Positions 52,319-61,580 of a stretch of 64,000 nucleotides of DNA are shown piece by piece. Each line of letters begins with the position of its first letter. Within the stretch, counting starts at the first letter, position 1. The position numbers and the translations under genes are program-made. The DNA comes from an uncultured candidatus Porisulfidus sp. (lineage in GTDB: Bacteria > Pseudomonadota > Gammaproteobacteria > Poriferisulfidales > Poriferisulfidaceae). The notes under the pieces were generated by a model. The model saw only the letters and a list, made by a program, of their open reading frames with translations. It made no database searches and was not told the origin of the DNA. The stretch covers positions 928,001 through 992,000 of the forward strand of contig OZ220480.1 in assembly GCA_965116025.1 (NCBI GenBank), given 5' to 3'.

Positions 52319-52787
52319 GCGCGCCGGGCGGGGGCCGACGCTGGATACGGGCTTTTCCCGAGTAGGGGGGGAGTTTATCCTGGCAGTCTCCGCAGATGCC
52401 GTACAGGTATAGAGAGTAGCTTTGCAGCTCGAAGTTCTTTTGTCGGGTGATTTCCCGGAGTTGCTTGACGATCTCCCGATTCTCGAACTCGATTACGGCG
52501 CCGCACTCCGTGCAGATCAGGTGCTCGTGCGGCGATTCGTCGTTGAGTTCGTAGACGGCCCGATCCGCGTCGAAGGTGTGGCGAACCACCACGCCGGCGC
52601 GGGCGAACTGGGCTAGGACCCGATATACGGTCGCGATCCCGATATCCTCATCCGCGTCCAGCAACTTTCGGTAGACGTCCTCGGCCGACATGTGCCGCAC
52701 ATCGCTGCTTTCCAGCGCGGCCAGCACCTTGAGTCGGGGGACGGTGCTCTTGAGCCCCGCCTTGCGCAATCCGGCATCGTTCGGCAT
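52302..52787 (-). CDS. fur: Ferric uptake regulator
   Basis: LRKAGLK.T.PR, HMSAEDVY, IGIATVYRVL.QF, H.HLIC..CG.VIEF, LYG.C..C. Confidence 0.93.
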   Translation of the reverse strand: MPNDAGLRKAGLKSTVPRLKVLAALESSDVRHMSAEDVYRKLLDADEDIGIATVYRVLAQFARAGVVVRHTFDADRAVYELNDESPHEHLICTECGAVIEFENREIVKQLREITRQKNFELQSYSLYLYGICGDCQDKLPPYSGKARIQRRPPPGALTTPN

Positions 52788-52865
52788 GCGGGTATTATCG
52801 CTGATTGAACATGGCTAAATACTCTAACACAGGACAGGGGACGAGATTCGGTCGTTTGGCGGCCG

Positions 52866-52954
52866 CCGCTCTCCCCGCGCGCCCAGTCCAGAGGACGCGG
52901 CCCGAACGGCGCTCTTCTTGTTCGACCCGCTCTCCCCGCGCGCCCAGTCCAGAG
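52866..52954. repeat. Two identical 28-bp direct repeats separated by 33 bp
   Basis: ccgctctccccgcgcgcccagtccagag at 52866-52893 and 52927-52954. Confidence 0.9.
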
Positions 52955-53195
52955 CCGAATTTCGGTGGTTGAATTCCGGTGAGTCCGCCTCATGGCATGG
53001 GCGGTCCTCGACGACGTTATTCCGACTGATCGCGCCGCTTCAAGCATGCTGATTTGCTACCATGGACATTAGGCTATGAGCGATTTCTCGTGCCAAAGAT
53101 CGGTCAGGTTCACTCACGTCATCTGAGAGCCGATTTTCCGTGAGCGGGTCGTTTCGATCTATCGCGTCCCGAGCCATCCGAGTACGATACGACGC

Positions 53196-54023
53196 ATGAC
53201 CGGCTTCTTCCAGACTCCCCGGATCATGGGGATCCTCAATGTCACGCCCGACAGTTTTTCCGACGGCGGGGTCTATCCCTCGACCAGCCGGGCCTTGGCC
53301 CGGGCTCTGGAGATGGTGGAGGAGGGCGCGACGCTGATCGATATCGGGGGCGAGTCCACGCGGCCTGGCGCCGACCGCGTGGACGCGAGCGAGCAGAAGC
53401 GGCGCGTTCTGGATGTGGTGGAGCAGGTCAGTCGGGCGGTTCCGAAAGAGGTGCTCGTCAGCGTGGACACGACGTTGGCCGACGTGGCCCGCGCGGCTCT
53501 CGACGCGGGCGCGGGCATGGTCAACGATGTTTCCGCGGGTCGCGATGATCCAGAGATGTTCTCGCTGGTAGCGGAGCGCGGGGTCCCGTATTGCCTGATG
53601 CATATGCGCGGCGCGCCCAAGACCATGCAGGACGATCCTCAGTATTCCGACGTGGTCAAGGAGGTGCGGATCTTCTTGGAGGAGCGCGCCAACTTGGCGC
53701 GGCGCGCGGGCGTCGCGCCCGACGATATCCTCGTCGATCCGGGAATTGGCTTCGGCAAGCGCACGGAGCACAACCTGCGGTTGATCGCGCGATTGGGTAG
53801 AATCGTGGATTTGGGCTACCCGGTGTTGCTCGGAACCTCGCGCAAGCGTTTCATGGGCGAGGTGTCCGGGGCCGCTGACCCGGGCCATAGAGCGCCCGCG
53901 ACCGTGGTGACGACCGGCTGGGGGCTATGCGCGGGAGCGCGCGTCTTCCGGGTGCATGACGTGTGGGAGAACCGGCAGGCCTTGGACGTGACGCGGGCTT
54001 TGCTGAAAGAGGAAGGCGACTGA
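53196..54023 (+). CDS. folP: Dihydropteroate synthase
   Basis: MGILNVTPDSFSDGG, DIGGESTRPG, DPGIGFGK, GTSRKRF, RVHDV. Confidence 0.97.
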   Translation: MTGFFQTPRIMGILNVTPDSFSDGGVYPSTSRALARALEMVEEGATLIDIGGESTRPGADRVDASEQKRRVLDVVEQVSRAVPKEVLVSVDTTLADVARAALDAGAGMVNDVSAGRDDPEMFSLVAERGVPYCLMHMRGAPKTMQDDPQYSDVVKEVRIFLEERANLARRAGVAPDDILVDPGIGFGKRTEHNLRLIARLGRIVDLGYPVLLGTSRKRFMGEVSGAADPGHRAPATVVTTGWGLCAGARVFRVHDVWENRQALDVTRALLKEEGD

Positions 54024-54054
54024 CCGCCGAGAGGCTTTCGGGCGGGTCGCGGCG

Positions 54055-54582
54055 TCAGTCGAGAAACGAGGCGAAGAACTCCATGGCCTCCGGCGAGTCC
54101 CACTCTCGTTCCCCGATCGCCCAATAACGAGCGCGTCCTTCCGCATCGATGAGGAACGTAGCTGGAAGCATCGGGACTTTCCAGTTCTCCAGAGCCAGCT
54201 CCGCATCCACTAGAACCGGAAATCCCACCGTGGTCTCCTCAAGAAACATCTCGATTTCCGCGCTGGGCCCCACGTGGACTCCGATGACCTGAAAGCCCTC
54301 GCCCGCCATGGCCTCATGGAGGCGGGTGAGCGCGGGCATCTCGCGCCGGCACGGCGCGCACCAGGTGGCCCAGAAATTGATGAGCAAGACTTGGCCACGC
54401 GCCTGACTCAGGGTCCAGGGCTCGCCGTCCAAGTTTGGGAGCGTGAAGTCGGGAGCGGGTTTCCCGGATGCCACCTCCATTAATCGCGGCGCGTCATCGC
54501 AACCGGCCGCGGCCAAGGCGAGCAGGCCGCAAAGCAGCGCGGCGCGCGGGCGTCGCGCGTTAATATCCAAGCGTTTCTTCAT
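54055..54582 (-). CDS. TlpA-like thioredoxin lipoprotein
   Basis: Lipobox LAAAGC, APDFTL, NFWATWCAPC..EMP, LP.TFLID. Confidence 0.9.
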   Translation of the reverse strand: MKKRLDINARRPRAALLCGLLALAAAGCDDAPRLMEVASGKPAPDFTLPNLDGEPWTLSQARGQVLLINFWATWCAPCRREMPALTRLHEAMAGEGFQVIGVHVGPSAEIEMFLEETTVGFPVLVDAELALENWKVPMLPATFLIDAEGRARYWAIGEREWDSPEAMEFFASFLD

Positions 54583-55924
54583 GCGCCCAGTTCGGGTCTT
54601 CCGGCCCTAGATCGCCGATCGGGGCGGCGAAGGCATCGGCCACGATTTCCGGCACGTTGGCGCCGGTCAGGGACCGCAGGAACGATTCCAGATCCTCCTT
54701 CTCCCGCTCGCTGAGGCTGAGTGGAACGATCAGGGGCGAGAGCAGCTCGTTCGGGATGCCGCCCTGGTCGTAGAAATCGATCACTTCCCGGAGAGTATCG
54801 AATTTTCCGTTATGCATGTATGGCGCGGTCAGCGCGACGTTGCGCAGGCTCATGGTGCGGAATTTCCAGCGGTCGTTCGGATTCTCGGTGACCCGATACA
54901 GGCCGAGGTCGTTGGGAAGTTTCTGCTGCGAGACCGACTCGATCTTCTCGTTCGAGATGTCCACGAACACGCCGGGCGCGAGCTGCACGCGGGTGGTTCC
55001 AGACTTCCCGCGGGAGCCCCTGTCGAATGACACCGAGAAGCCCAGGCCGGTGTTGTGGAATTTCTGGTCCGTGAACAGGGCGTGGTCCTTGCTCATGGTA
55101 TGGCATGCGACGCACTGGCCCTTTCCGGAGAAGACGCCGAATCCTCGCTTGACGGATTCATCGACCGCATCGGTCTGGTTGCCGAAGTGCCAGCGATCGA
55201 ACGGGGAATTGGCCGCCAGCAGGGTGCGCTGGTAGCTCGCCAGGGCCTGGCCGATGGTCAGGATGTTCGGTCCGGTTCCCTCGAAGGCTTTCTCGAACAG
55301 GCCGTCGTAGTCGCGCATGCGACGGATCTTGTTGATGATCCAGCCGATGGATGGCGCGGCCATCTCATTGTGCGCGGTGATGGGTTGCCAGACCTGATTC
55401 TCCAGGTTGATCTCGCGTCCGTCCAGAAACAGCCGCCTCAGGTAAGCCACGTTATAGAGGGAGGGGGAGTTGCGCAGGACGGAGCGACCCTCCACGCCGA
55501 TCGCGGTGCGCATCTCGTTGTTGGTGAAGCCCTGCTCCGGGATATGGCAGATGGCGCAGGAGAACGTGTCGTTGATCGACAGGCGACGGTCGAAGAACAG
55601 TTTGCGCCCGAGGTCGATCTTGTTCCGCGTCAGCGGATTTTCCGCTGGAATCGGCACGGGGGGAAGGCCCAGTGGCGGGCTTTGCGCGAAGCGGATCAGG
55701 TCCTTCTTGATTCCGCGCCGCTTCAGCAGGCTTCGCGACCGGGTCCGGTAGTCCTCGCTTTCGTACCCTTCCTTGATATCGCCGGGGCCCTGGGTATGGC
55801 TGGCATCGAATTCCTCTCGCGTCTCCAGCTCCCCGCTGGTTCGCGCGAAAGCCGGAGCGCAGAGACTCGCGGAGACAAGCGCCGCGGCGAGGGCGCGGCA
55901 ATGCCTCCGTGCCGATGGGCGCAT
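54560..55924 (-). CDS. MauG-like di-heme cytochrome c peroxidase
   Basis: LGRKLFFD.RLS, CAICH, RNSP, CVACH, LRNV..TAPYMHNG. Confidence 0.92.
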   Translation of the reverse strand: MRPSARRHCRALAAALVSASLCAPAFARTSGELETREEFDASHTQGPGDIKEGYESEDYRTRSRSLLKRRGIKKDLIRFAQSPPLGLPPVPIPAENPLTRNKIDLGRKLFFDRRLSINDTFSCAICHIPEQGFTNNEMRTAIGVEGRSVLRNSPSLYNVAYLRRLFLDGREINLENQVWQPITAHNEMAAPSIGWIINKIRRMRDYDGLFEKAFEGTGPNILTIGQALASYQRTLLAANSPFDRWHFGNQTDAVDESVKRGFGVFSGKGQCVACHTMSKDHALFTDQKFHNTGLGFSVSFDRGSRGKSGTTRVQLAPGVFVDISNEKIESVSQQKLPNDLGLYRVTENPNDRWKFRTMSLRNVALTAPYMHNGKFDTLREVIDFYDQGGIPNELLSPLIVPLSLSEREKEDLESFLRSLTGANVPEIVADAFAAPIGDLGPEDPNWAHEETLGY

Positions 55925-55932
55925 AGCGGGAT

Positions 55933-56625
55933 TCAGCCGGAGGGAGACTCCAGGAGGAGCGTTTTCAAGTCGTTGATCAGGATGTCGGCATGCAGGAACG
56001 CGACGCTATAGATATTGCGAACGCGCAGTTCCCGGTCAATCAGGAACACCCGTAGCGTGTGGGCGATATCTCCGGTATATTCGCCGCTCTCGTCGTACTC
56101 GCGCAAGGTGTACTGGCCGTAGTCGTCGAGAATGGGCTGGAGAGCTTCTCGGTCCTTGGTGGTGAGAAATCGCCAGTCGACACCGTCGCCGCCGAGACCT
56201 TTCCCGAACTCCCGCATGGCCTCGGGGGTGTCGCGCTCCGGGTCGAAAGAGATGGACAGCAGGCGGGTGGCCTGAGCCACTTCCAGACGTTTCCGCAGTT
56301 TCGCCTGAAGCTTGTGAAGCACCGCGTTGGCGAGAGGGCAGCCGTTGATGTCGTCGCACTTGGTATAGATGAAGCTGAAAAGAACGAGACGGTCGCCCAT
56401 CAGGTCGAACAATCGGGATTCCGCGCCATCCTCAAGCAACACGGCTCCGTCGGCCGCGACGGTGATGGGGGGCAACCGATAACTGCCCGCGGGAGGAGGC
56501 GCGTAGCTCAGGTTGGTCCACCCGGGCGCGAGGATATCGTCTCGCGCCATGGCGTCCGCGCCGCCGGCGACCAAGCCGAGGGCGGTGAGCCAGACGAGCG
56601 CGCGAGGGCTTTTTGATCGATCCAT
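55933..56625 (-). CDS. SCO1/SenC-like copper chaperone
   Basis: FIYT.CDDINGCP, SISFDP.RDTPE, W.FLT, H...VFLID; ATG 56625. Confidence 0.88.
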   Translation of the reverse strand: MDRSKSPRALVWLTALGLVAGGADAMARDDILAPGWTNLSYAPPPAGSYRLPPITVAADGAVLLEDGAESRLFDLMGDRLVLFSFIYTKCDDINGCPLANAVLHKLQAKLRKRLEVAQATRLLSISFDPERDTPEAMREFGKGLGGDGVDWRFLTTKDREALQPILDDYGQYTLREYDESGEYTGDIAHTLRVFLIDRELRVRNIYSVAFLHADILINDLKTLLLESPSG

Positions 56626-56677
56626 ACAGGTATTATAAGAGTAGCTCTGGGTCGCCAAGTTCCGTTTTCTTGGGCCG

Positions 56678-56710
56678 AAAAAGAAAGCCGCCCTAGGTAG
56701 GGCGGCTTTC
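56678..56710 (-). terminator. Rho-independent terminator after mtoX
   Basis: gaaagccgccct-aggt-agggcggctttc 12-bp stem, followed by a T run on the minus strand. Confidence 0.85.
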
Positions 56711-56741
56711 GATCAAGCGCGCGGCCTTGGGCCGCGATCGT

Positions 56742-58085
56742 TCATTCGGCCATGGAGACCCGGGTGTCGCCGTCCGGGCGTTTTCCGTACAGGGCGTAGG
56801 CGCCGAAACGCATCTGGTGCGAGCGGCCCAACTGCTCGGCGTAGAAGTCGACCGTCCACTGGTGCGCCAGCTTCTCTCCGTCCCAATGGTAGAGCTTGAC
56901 GTATTGCTCGTCCGCGTCCCCGGTCTTGTCCCAGTTGTTCAGCAGGGAGCTGGAGAAATACACGCGCTCGCCGTCCCAGCTCTGGGAGACCATGTTGACT
57001 TGGCTGCCGATCGCCTCCTCGAAGACCTGCTTGGGGGCGTGCGGGTCGGAAATGTCGAAGAAGCGCGTCTTACCGTCCATGAAGGTGTTGACCCACAGGC
57101 CGGTGTCGTCGGCGGTGATGGAGATGTCGACGGGCAACGGAACCTCGGCGGGGTTGCCGATCACGGCGACGTCCTTGGCGCGCCATTCGCCGTCCTCGCC
57201 CTCATACAGGAGCCAGATCTTGGAGGTCAGCGCCGTGGTGGTGAAGCAATAGCGGTTGTCCGGGCCCCAGGCGCAACGAATCTCCAGCGGAGCGCCCGGC
57301 ACGTCCAGCACCTTGAGTGGCTTGCGGGCATGCATGTCCCACACCACCATGGTGTTGCCGAAGCGCTGCATGGCGGTGCTGTCCTGCAGCATCTGGCCGA
57401 AGTCCATCATGTAGTTCGACCAGCCGGTGAAGGACGACGTCAGCATCACGTTGCTTTCCGCCTTCACGCGGATGTCGTAGCCGTAGCCGTCGGCATGCTC
57501 GCCGGTCTTGACCGCGCCGCGGAGGTCCTCGTCCGTCGGCATCCAGTGGGAGGCCACGAACTCGCCGGCGTTGTTGTATTCGGCCAGGCCCGTGCGTCCG
57601 CCGTGGTCGGCGTTGTTGGAGAGAGCCGAGATCATCACGCGCCCGGGCAGGGCGAAGAACGTGTGCGGGCCGACCATCCCTCCAGTCTTCTCCACGAAGT
57701 CGGTGATGACCTTATGCAGCTTGGGTTGCCGTGGGTTGGAATGGATGTCGAACACGAAAATCTTGTTGGAGTCCAGTCCGCCGGCCCACAGGTAATGGCG
57801 GTCGTCCGACAGTCCGGAATGGTGCGCCTCATTGCGCCCGCCGACCGACAGGACGCTGACCACTTGGCCGAAGGTTTGGGAATCCGGGCTGGTGTCGATG
57901 GTGACTAGCTTGTCCTGCTCGTCTCCCATGCCTTCCACGCCTAGGGTCCAGACGTACACGTAATCTTCCTGGCCTTGGATCTTGGCGATGTACGGCGACA
58001 TGCAGGTCTCGTCCGCCAGCGCCGGAACGGTCCACGCCATCGCGGCCAGCGCCGCCAGACTCGTGCGGAAAGTTGATTTTCTCAT
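56742..58085 (-). CDS. mtoX: Methanethiol oxidase / selenium-binding protein SBP56 family
   Basis: Signal peptide, DETCMSPY, GQED.VYVWTLG, EAHHSG, GPHT, GYGYD, MVSQSWDG.R.Y..SSLL..WD; upstream of SCO and MauG. Confidence 0.9.
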   Translation of the reverse strand: MRKSTFRTSLAALAAMAWTVPALADETCMSPYIAKIQGQEDYVYVWTLGVEGMGDEQDKLVTIDTSPDSQTFGQVVSVLSVGGRNEAHHSGLSDDRHYLWAGGLDSNKIFVFDIHSNPRQPKLHKVITDFVEKTGGMVGPHTFFALPGRVMISALSNNADHGGRTGLAEYNNAGEFVASHWMPTDEDLRGAVKTGEHADGYGYDIRVKAESNVMLTSSFTGWSNYMMDFGQMLQDSTAMQRFGNTMVVWDMHARKPLKVLDVPGAPLEIRCAWGPDNRYCFTTTALTSKIWLLYEGEDGEWRAKDVAVIGNPAEVPLPVDISITADDTGLWVNTFMDGKTRFFDISDPHAPKQVFEEAIGSQVNMVSQSWDGERVYFSSSLLNNWDKTGDADEQYVKLYHWDGEKLAHQWTVDFYAEQLGRSHQMRFGAYALYGKRPDGDTRVSMAE

Positions 58086-59104
58086 AAGGTTCCTCGTGGA
58101 GTTGAGTTATTTCGCGGGCTATCAGGACCGCGCCGCCACGCTAACTCCGGCGGCCGCCTCAATCGCCTGCTCCAATTATGGACGAAACTGCCCGCCCGTC
58201 AAGTTTCCGCTCCCATCTCTTCGAATCGCGACCACGCCCGATGGCTCAGGCGCGGTGACATGATTTTCAGCGGGGGAGCCCGCCAGAGCGAGCGCGACGC
58301 TTTCTCGGCGGCCTTAAATAAGGTGAGCGCCCGGCGGGTGTGGGGGTCGCCTGGGCGCTCTGGGGTGGCGCGGCGGGCAGGCCGCGCCTAAAACGACCGC
58401 GCGTTCGGTAGGGCGCGACAAAGCGGCCTGACGGTGCGGGACGGGTAGACGCGCGAGCCGCGCTTCTACCCAATGCTCGCTATTCTAACATGGAAACGTG
58501 GCCGGCGTACGAGCACGTCGTTTCCCCGAACTCCAACCGGAGGACGAAGAATGGCCCCGCTTCGTCGCCGGGATTGAGCCAAACGTCGTCTATGCCGAAA
58601 CAAACGGTCTTTCATGCCGTCGTTTTCATGCGCCAGCAATGTAAGGCTTCTTGTCTGCGAGCGGAACAAATCTGGGAGAACCGTTCGTCTGTATGACATA
58701 GTCAAAGGTCACCTCGTCATGGTCATCACTTCTAGTATCATCCTTGATTCCGAGCACCTTAATTGCTGCCCAATATCCATTCTCATTTTGTAATACGGCG
58801 ACTTGCCCAATGTTGGGTCGGCGGATCCTTGATGATCCATCATATTTACGAGCGTCAACGATGTTCTCAATTTCGCTACAATCCTTAGCAATTGCAATAG
58901 TACGAATACTACTCGGATCTTTAAGAATCTGTATATTCCGATCACTTGATTTGCTGAAAGCAATTTCAAACATTTGCTTGCCGCTACCTATGCAATAGCG
59001 GCCATTGTTATTTGTGATGGGATGGTTCGCCCCGCTTCCCTGCTTGGCCTTGAGCGGGCACAATGAGAGTACAACCAACCCATCGCGAAAGCGGGACGAC
59101 CCTT

Positions 59105-60151
59105 ATGAAGCAGACTCTACATCAACTCGCCATCGCCCATCTGGGCGTGGACCTGGGCAAGCAGGCGTTTCACGCCTGCGGCATGACGCGCGCCGGCAAG
59201 ATCGCGCTGGAGAGGCGCTTCACGCGGGCTCAGCTGGAACGCTTCGCGGAGGAGCTGCCGCCATGCCGGGTCGGGCTGGAGGCCTGCGGCGGCGCGCACC
59301 ATTGGGCGCGGCTGTTCCGTCGTCATGGGCACGACGCGCGGCTGATGGCGCCGTCCTTCGTGAAGCCGTTCGTGAAGTCGAACAAGAACGACGCGCGCGA
59401 CGCGGAGGCGATTTGCGAAGCGCGGAGCCGTCCGAGCATGCGCTTCGCGCCGGCACGGTCGGAGGCCGAGCAAGCGATCCAGCAATGCCATCGGACGCGG
59501 GAGCGGCTGGTGCGGAGCCGCACCCGGCTGGTCAACCAGTCGCGCGCGTTCCTGCAGGAGTACGGGATCGTCATGCCGAAAGGGATCGGGGTCTTTCGCG
59601 CGCGGCTGCCGGAGATCCTGGAGGACGGCGAGAACGGCCTGCTTCCGGAAGTCCGCGAGGCGCTGGCGGAAGGCTACGAGGAGGTGCGGGCGCTGGATCG
59701 GCGGGAGGGGGATTGCCGGGCGCGGATCCAGGCGCATGCCGAGGCCGATCCGGGCTGCCGGCGGCTGATGACGATCCCGGGCATAGGCGCGCTGACGGCC
59801 AGCGCCCTGGTCGCGAAGCTGGGCGACGGCGGCGAGTTCCGCAATGGGCGGGAGGCGGCCGCCTACCTCGGCCTGGTGCCGCGGCAATACTCCACCGGCG
59901 GAAAGCCGAAGCTCGGAGGGATCAGCAAGCGGGGGGACCGCGCCTTGCGCGGCCTGCTGATCTTGGGCGCGAAAGCGGTATTGCGCGTCTCGGACCAGCG
60001 CGAGGACGCGCTCGGCGCTTGGCTTCGCGGCCTGCGGGAGCGCCACCACGACAACGTGGCGGCGGTCGCGTTGGCGAACAAGAACGTCCGCGTCGCCTGG
60101 GCGCTGCTCCGGCGCGGCGGAACCTATCGGGAGGAAGCCCGCATGACATGA
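59105..60151 (+). CDS. IS110/IS1111 DEDD recombinase
   Basis: GVDLGK, GLEACG, KNDARDA (DEDD), IPGIG, YLGLVP..YSTGG (catalytic Ser), ALANKN.R. Confidence 0.95.
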   Translation: MKQTLHQLAIAHLGVDLGKQAFHACGMTRAGKIALERRFTRAQLERFAEELPPCRVGLEACGGAHHWARLFRRHGHDARLMAPSFVKPFVKSNKNDARDAEAICEARSRPSMRFAPARSEAEQAIQQCHRTRERLVRSRTRLVNQSRAFLQEYGIVMPKGIGVFRARLPEILEDGENGLLPEVREALAEGYEEVRALDRREGDCRARIQAHAEADPGCRRLMTIPGIGALTASALVAKLGDGGEFRNGREAAAYLGLVPRQYSTGGKPKLGGISKRGDRALRGLLILGAKAVLRVSDQREDALGAWLRGLRERHHDNVAAVALANKNVRVAWALLRRGGTYREEARMT

Positions 60152-60400
60152 GGCTTCCCTCCGTATCCCGGCGGGCTCTGCCCGCCGATCGGTTGCGGGG
60201 AAGAAGCGAAAAGATGGCGGAACAGGTCGGACCGACGCTCCGAGACCTTGGATTTGATACAGGCCTTCGAGGCCGTTATTGTGATAAGGACGGAGCGTGC
60301 GAAACCCATCGGGGCCCGGGAGGCGACGTCCTCCCATCAAGAGGCCGGATATATGTGCGCAGCCGATCGACCGTCGCTTCAGCTTCCGACTTGCAGGGAG
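60152..60400 (+). ncRNA. Putative bridge RNA / seekRNA of the IS1111-type element
   Basis: Two stem-internal loop-hairpin units (60236-60297 and 60298-60361) whose loops match the flanks and the element ends; transcript ends unknown. Confidence 0.75.
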
Positions 60401-61259
60401 GGGGCGAACCATATATAATCAAATGTGACGTGCCCCTTAGGCGATGAAGAGACATATTTTTCTGAGCTCGGCATGAATCTCTGATTCGAGAATTGCTTTA
60501 TCGTTTCGAACGGATTGTCGCCTATTGGAGGAACTGGGAGGATAGGCTCATCCAATAGTGACCTAAGCAATTCTTCGTATTTTTCCTCATACCTTAGATC
60601 ATCTCGAAAATCCACATAGAAGCGTCCCATTAGAAAGGTTGGTGTTGGTGCTAAATCAGTATTTGTATTATCACGAATCACCGGGATCACGTAATCCGCG
60701 CCTAGATCGGCCATTATTTTCGCCGTCATTATCTGTTTCTCATAACCTACGCCACCTTCCGTTGAGGTAGCCTTTCGCACGTAATTCTCTGAGCAGATGC
60801 ACAGTACACGATCGGATTCAGATAATCCTCTCTCGATAAATTCCGCCACGTCTTTTCCTAGGCTAAGGTTCCACTGATCCAATATCGCGTTCACTCCGTT
60901 ATGACGCAACCGTGTGGCCAACTGAAGCACCCAAGTCTTGTGGTTTTTGCTATCGTGCGAGTAAGACACGAATACTGACGGGGCCATTTTGCAGTTCCTT
61001 CTTGTTCGGGTTGTATCCCAGTATGGCGCGGTTGTTGAGTCTTGGCCTGCCCCTAGCGACTGGCCCAGTGTGAATTTTAGTGCATTGACGATTTCTCTGT
61101 CAAACTGGCGGTTTGCCTCGATATTCGAGCATCCCGAACGCGTGTCCACGCCCAATCGCCGGTTCCCGTCAGCGGGCGCCATAGTCGCACCAATTTTTCG
61201 CGGACCGCGTTTCATGGGGGTATCATGGAATCCCTCATGCGCGGCGCTCACATGATCAA

Positions 61260-61580
61260 ATGCCGGACTTTTTAACCTTGACGGCGGCGGCGGCGGCCCG
61301 GATCCGGGAGCAGTTGCCGGAGAGCGAGAAGGGCGTCGCCCTTCGTTTGGCGGTCCGCGCGCTCGAGGATGGCGGCTTCCAGTACGCGATGGGGTTCGAC
61401 AGCGAGAGCCGCGAGGGGGACCAGAGATTCCGCTCGCGCGAGATCCCGGTGGTGGTGGGGGCCGACAGCCTGGCGCTGGCGAGAGGCATGACCGTCGATT
61501 TCGTGGAGCTCGAGCCGGGAGAGAAGCGGTTCATTTTCCTCAATCCAAACGATCCGTCCTACGTGCCTCCGAAAGATTGA
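61260..61580 (+). CDS. dsrR: DsrR (IscA/HesB-like, cysteine-less)
   Basis: LT.AAA..I, LR.A....DG..QY.MGFD, DFVELE.G...FIFLNPND; lacks the IscA CGCG motif. Confidence 0.8.
   Translation: MPDFLTLTAAAAARIREQLPESEKGVALRLAVRALEDGGFQYAMGFDSESREGDQRFRSREIPVVVGADSLALARGMTVDFVELEPGEKRFIFLNPNDPSYVPPKD

Larger units (their letters stand above)
59016..60415 (+). mobile_element. IS110 family, IS1111 subgroup element (ends +/-2 bp)
   Basis: Perfect 12-bp subterminal IRs atggttcgcccc (59022-59033) / ggggcgaaccat (60401-60412); no clear TSD; long 3' non-coding region. Confidence 0.92.
58626..60987 (-). pseudogene. TIR/SEFIR-domain protein interrupted by IS110
   Basis: 5' part VFVSYSHD..H..WV..LA..L...G...ILDQW...GGVGYE...VIPV ends at HVTFDY (60415); resumes TNNNGRY.IG.G at 59015, stop 58626. 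Confidence 0.88.

Noticed and set aside
52866-52954. Bona fide CRISPR array
   Set aside because: Only two repeats, no hairpin, no leader or cas genes; kept only as a low-interest repeat finding.
58262-58470. GC-rich intergenic stretch upstream of mtoX as a riboswitch or ncRNA
   Set aside because: No family motif or convincing long stem recognised; would need an Rfam scan.
61260-61580. iscA/erpA call
   Set aside because: No cysteines or CGCG motif; the C-terminus fits DsrR.
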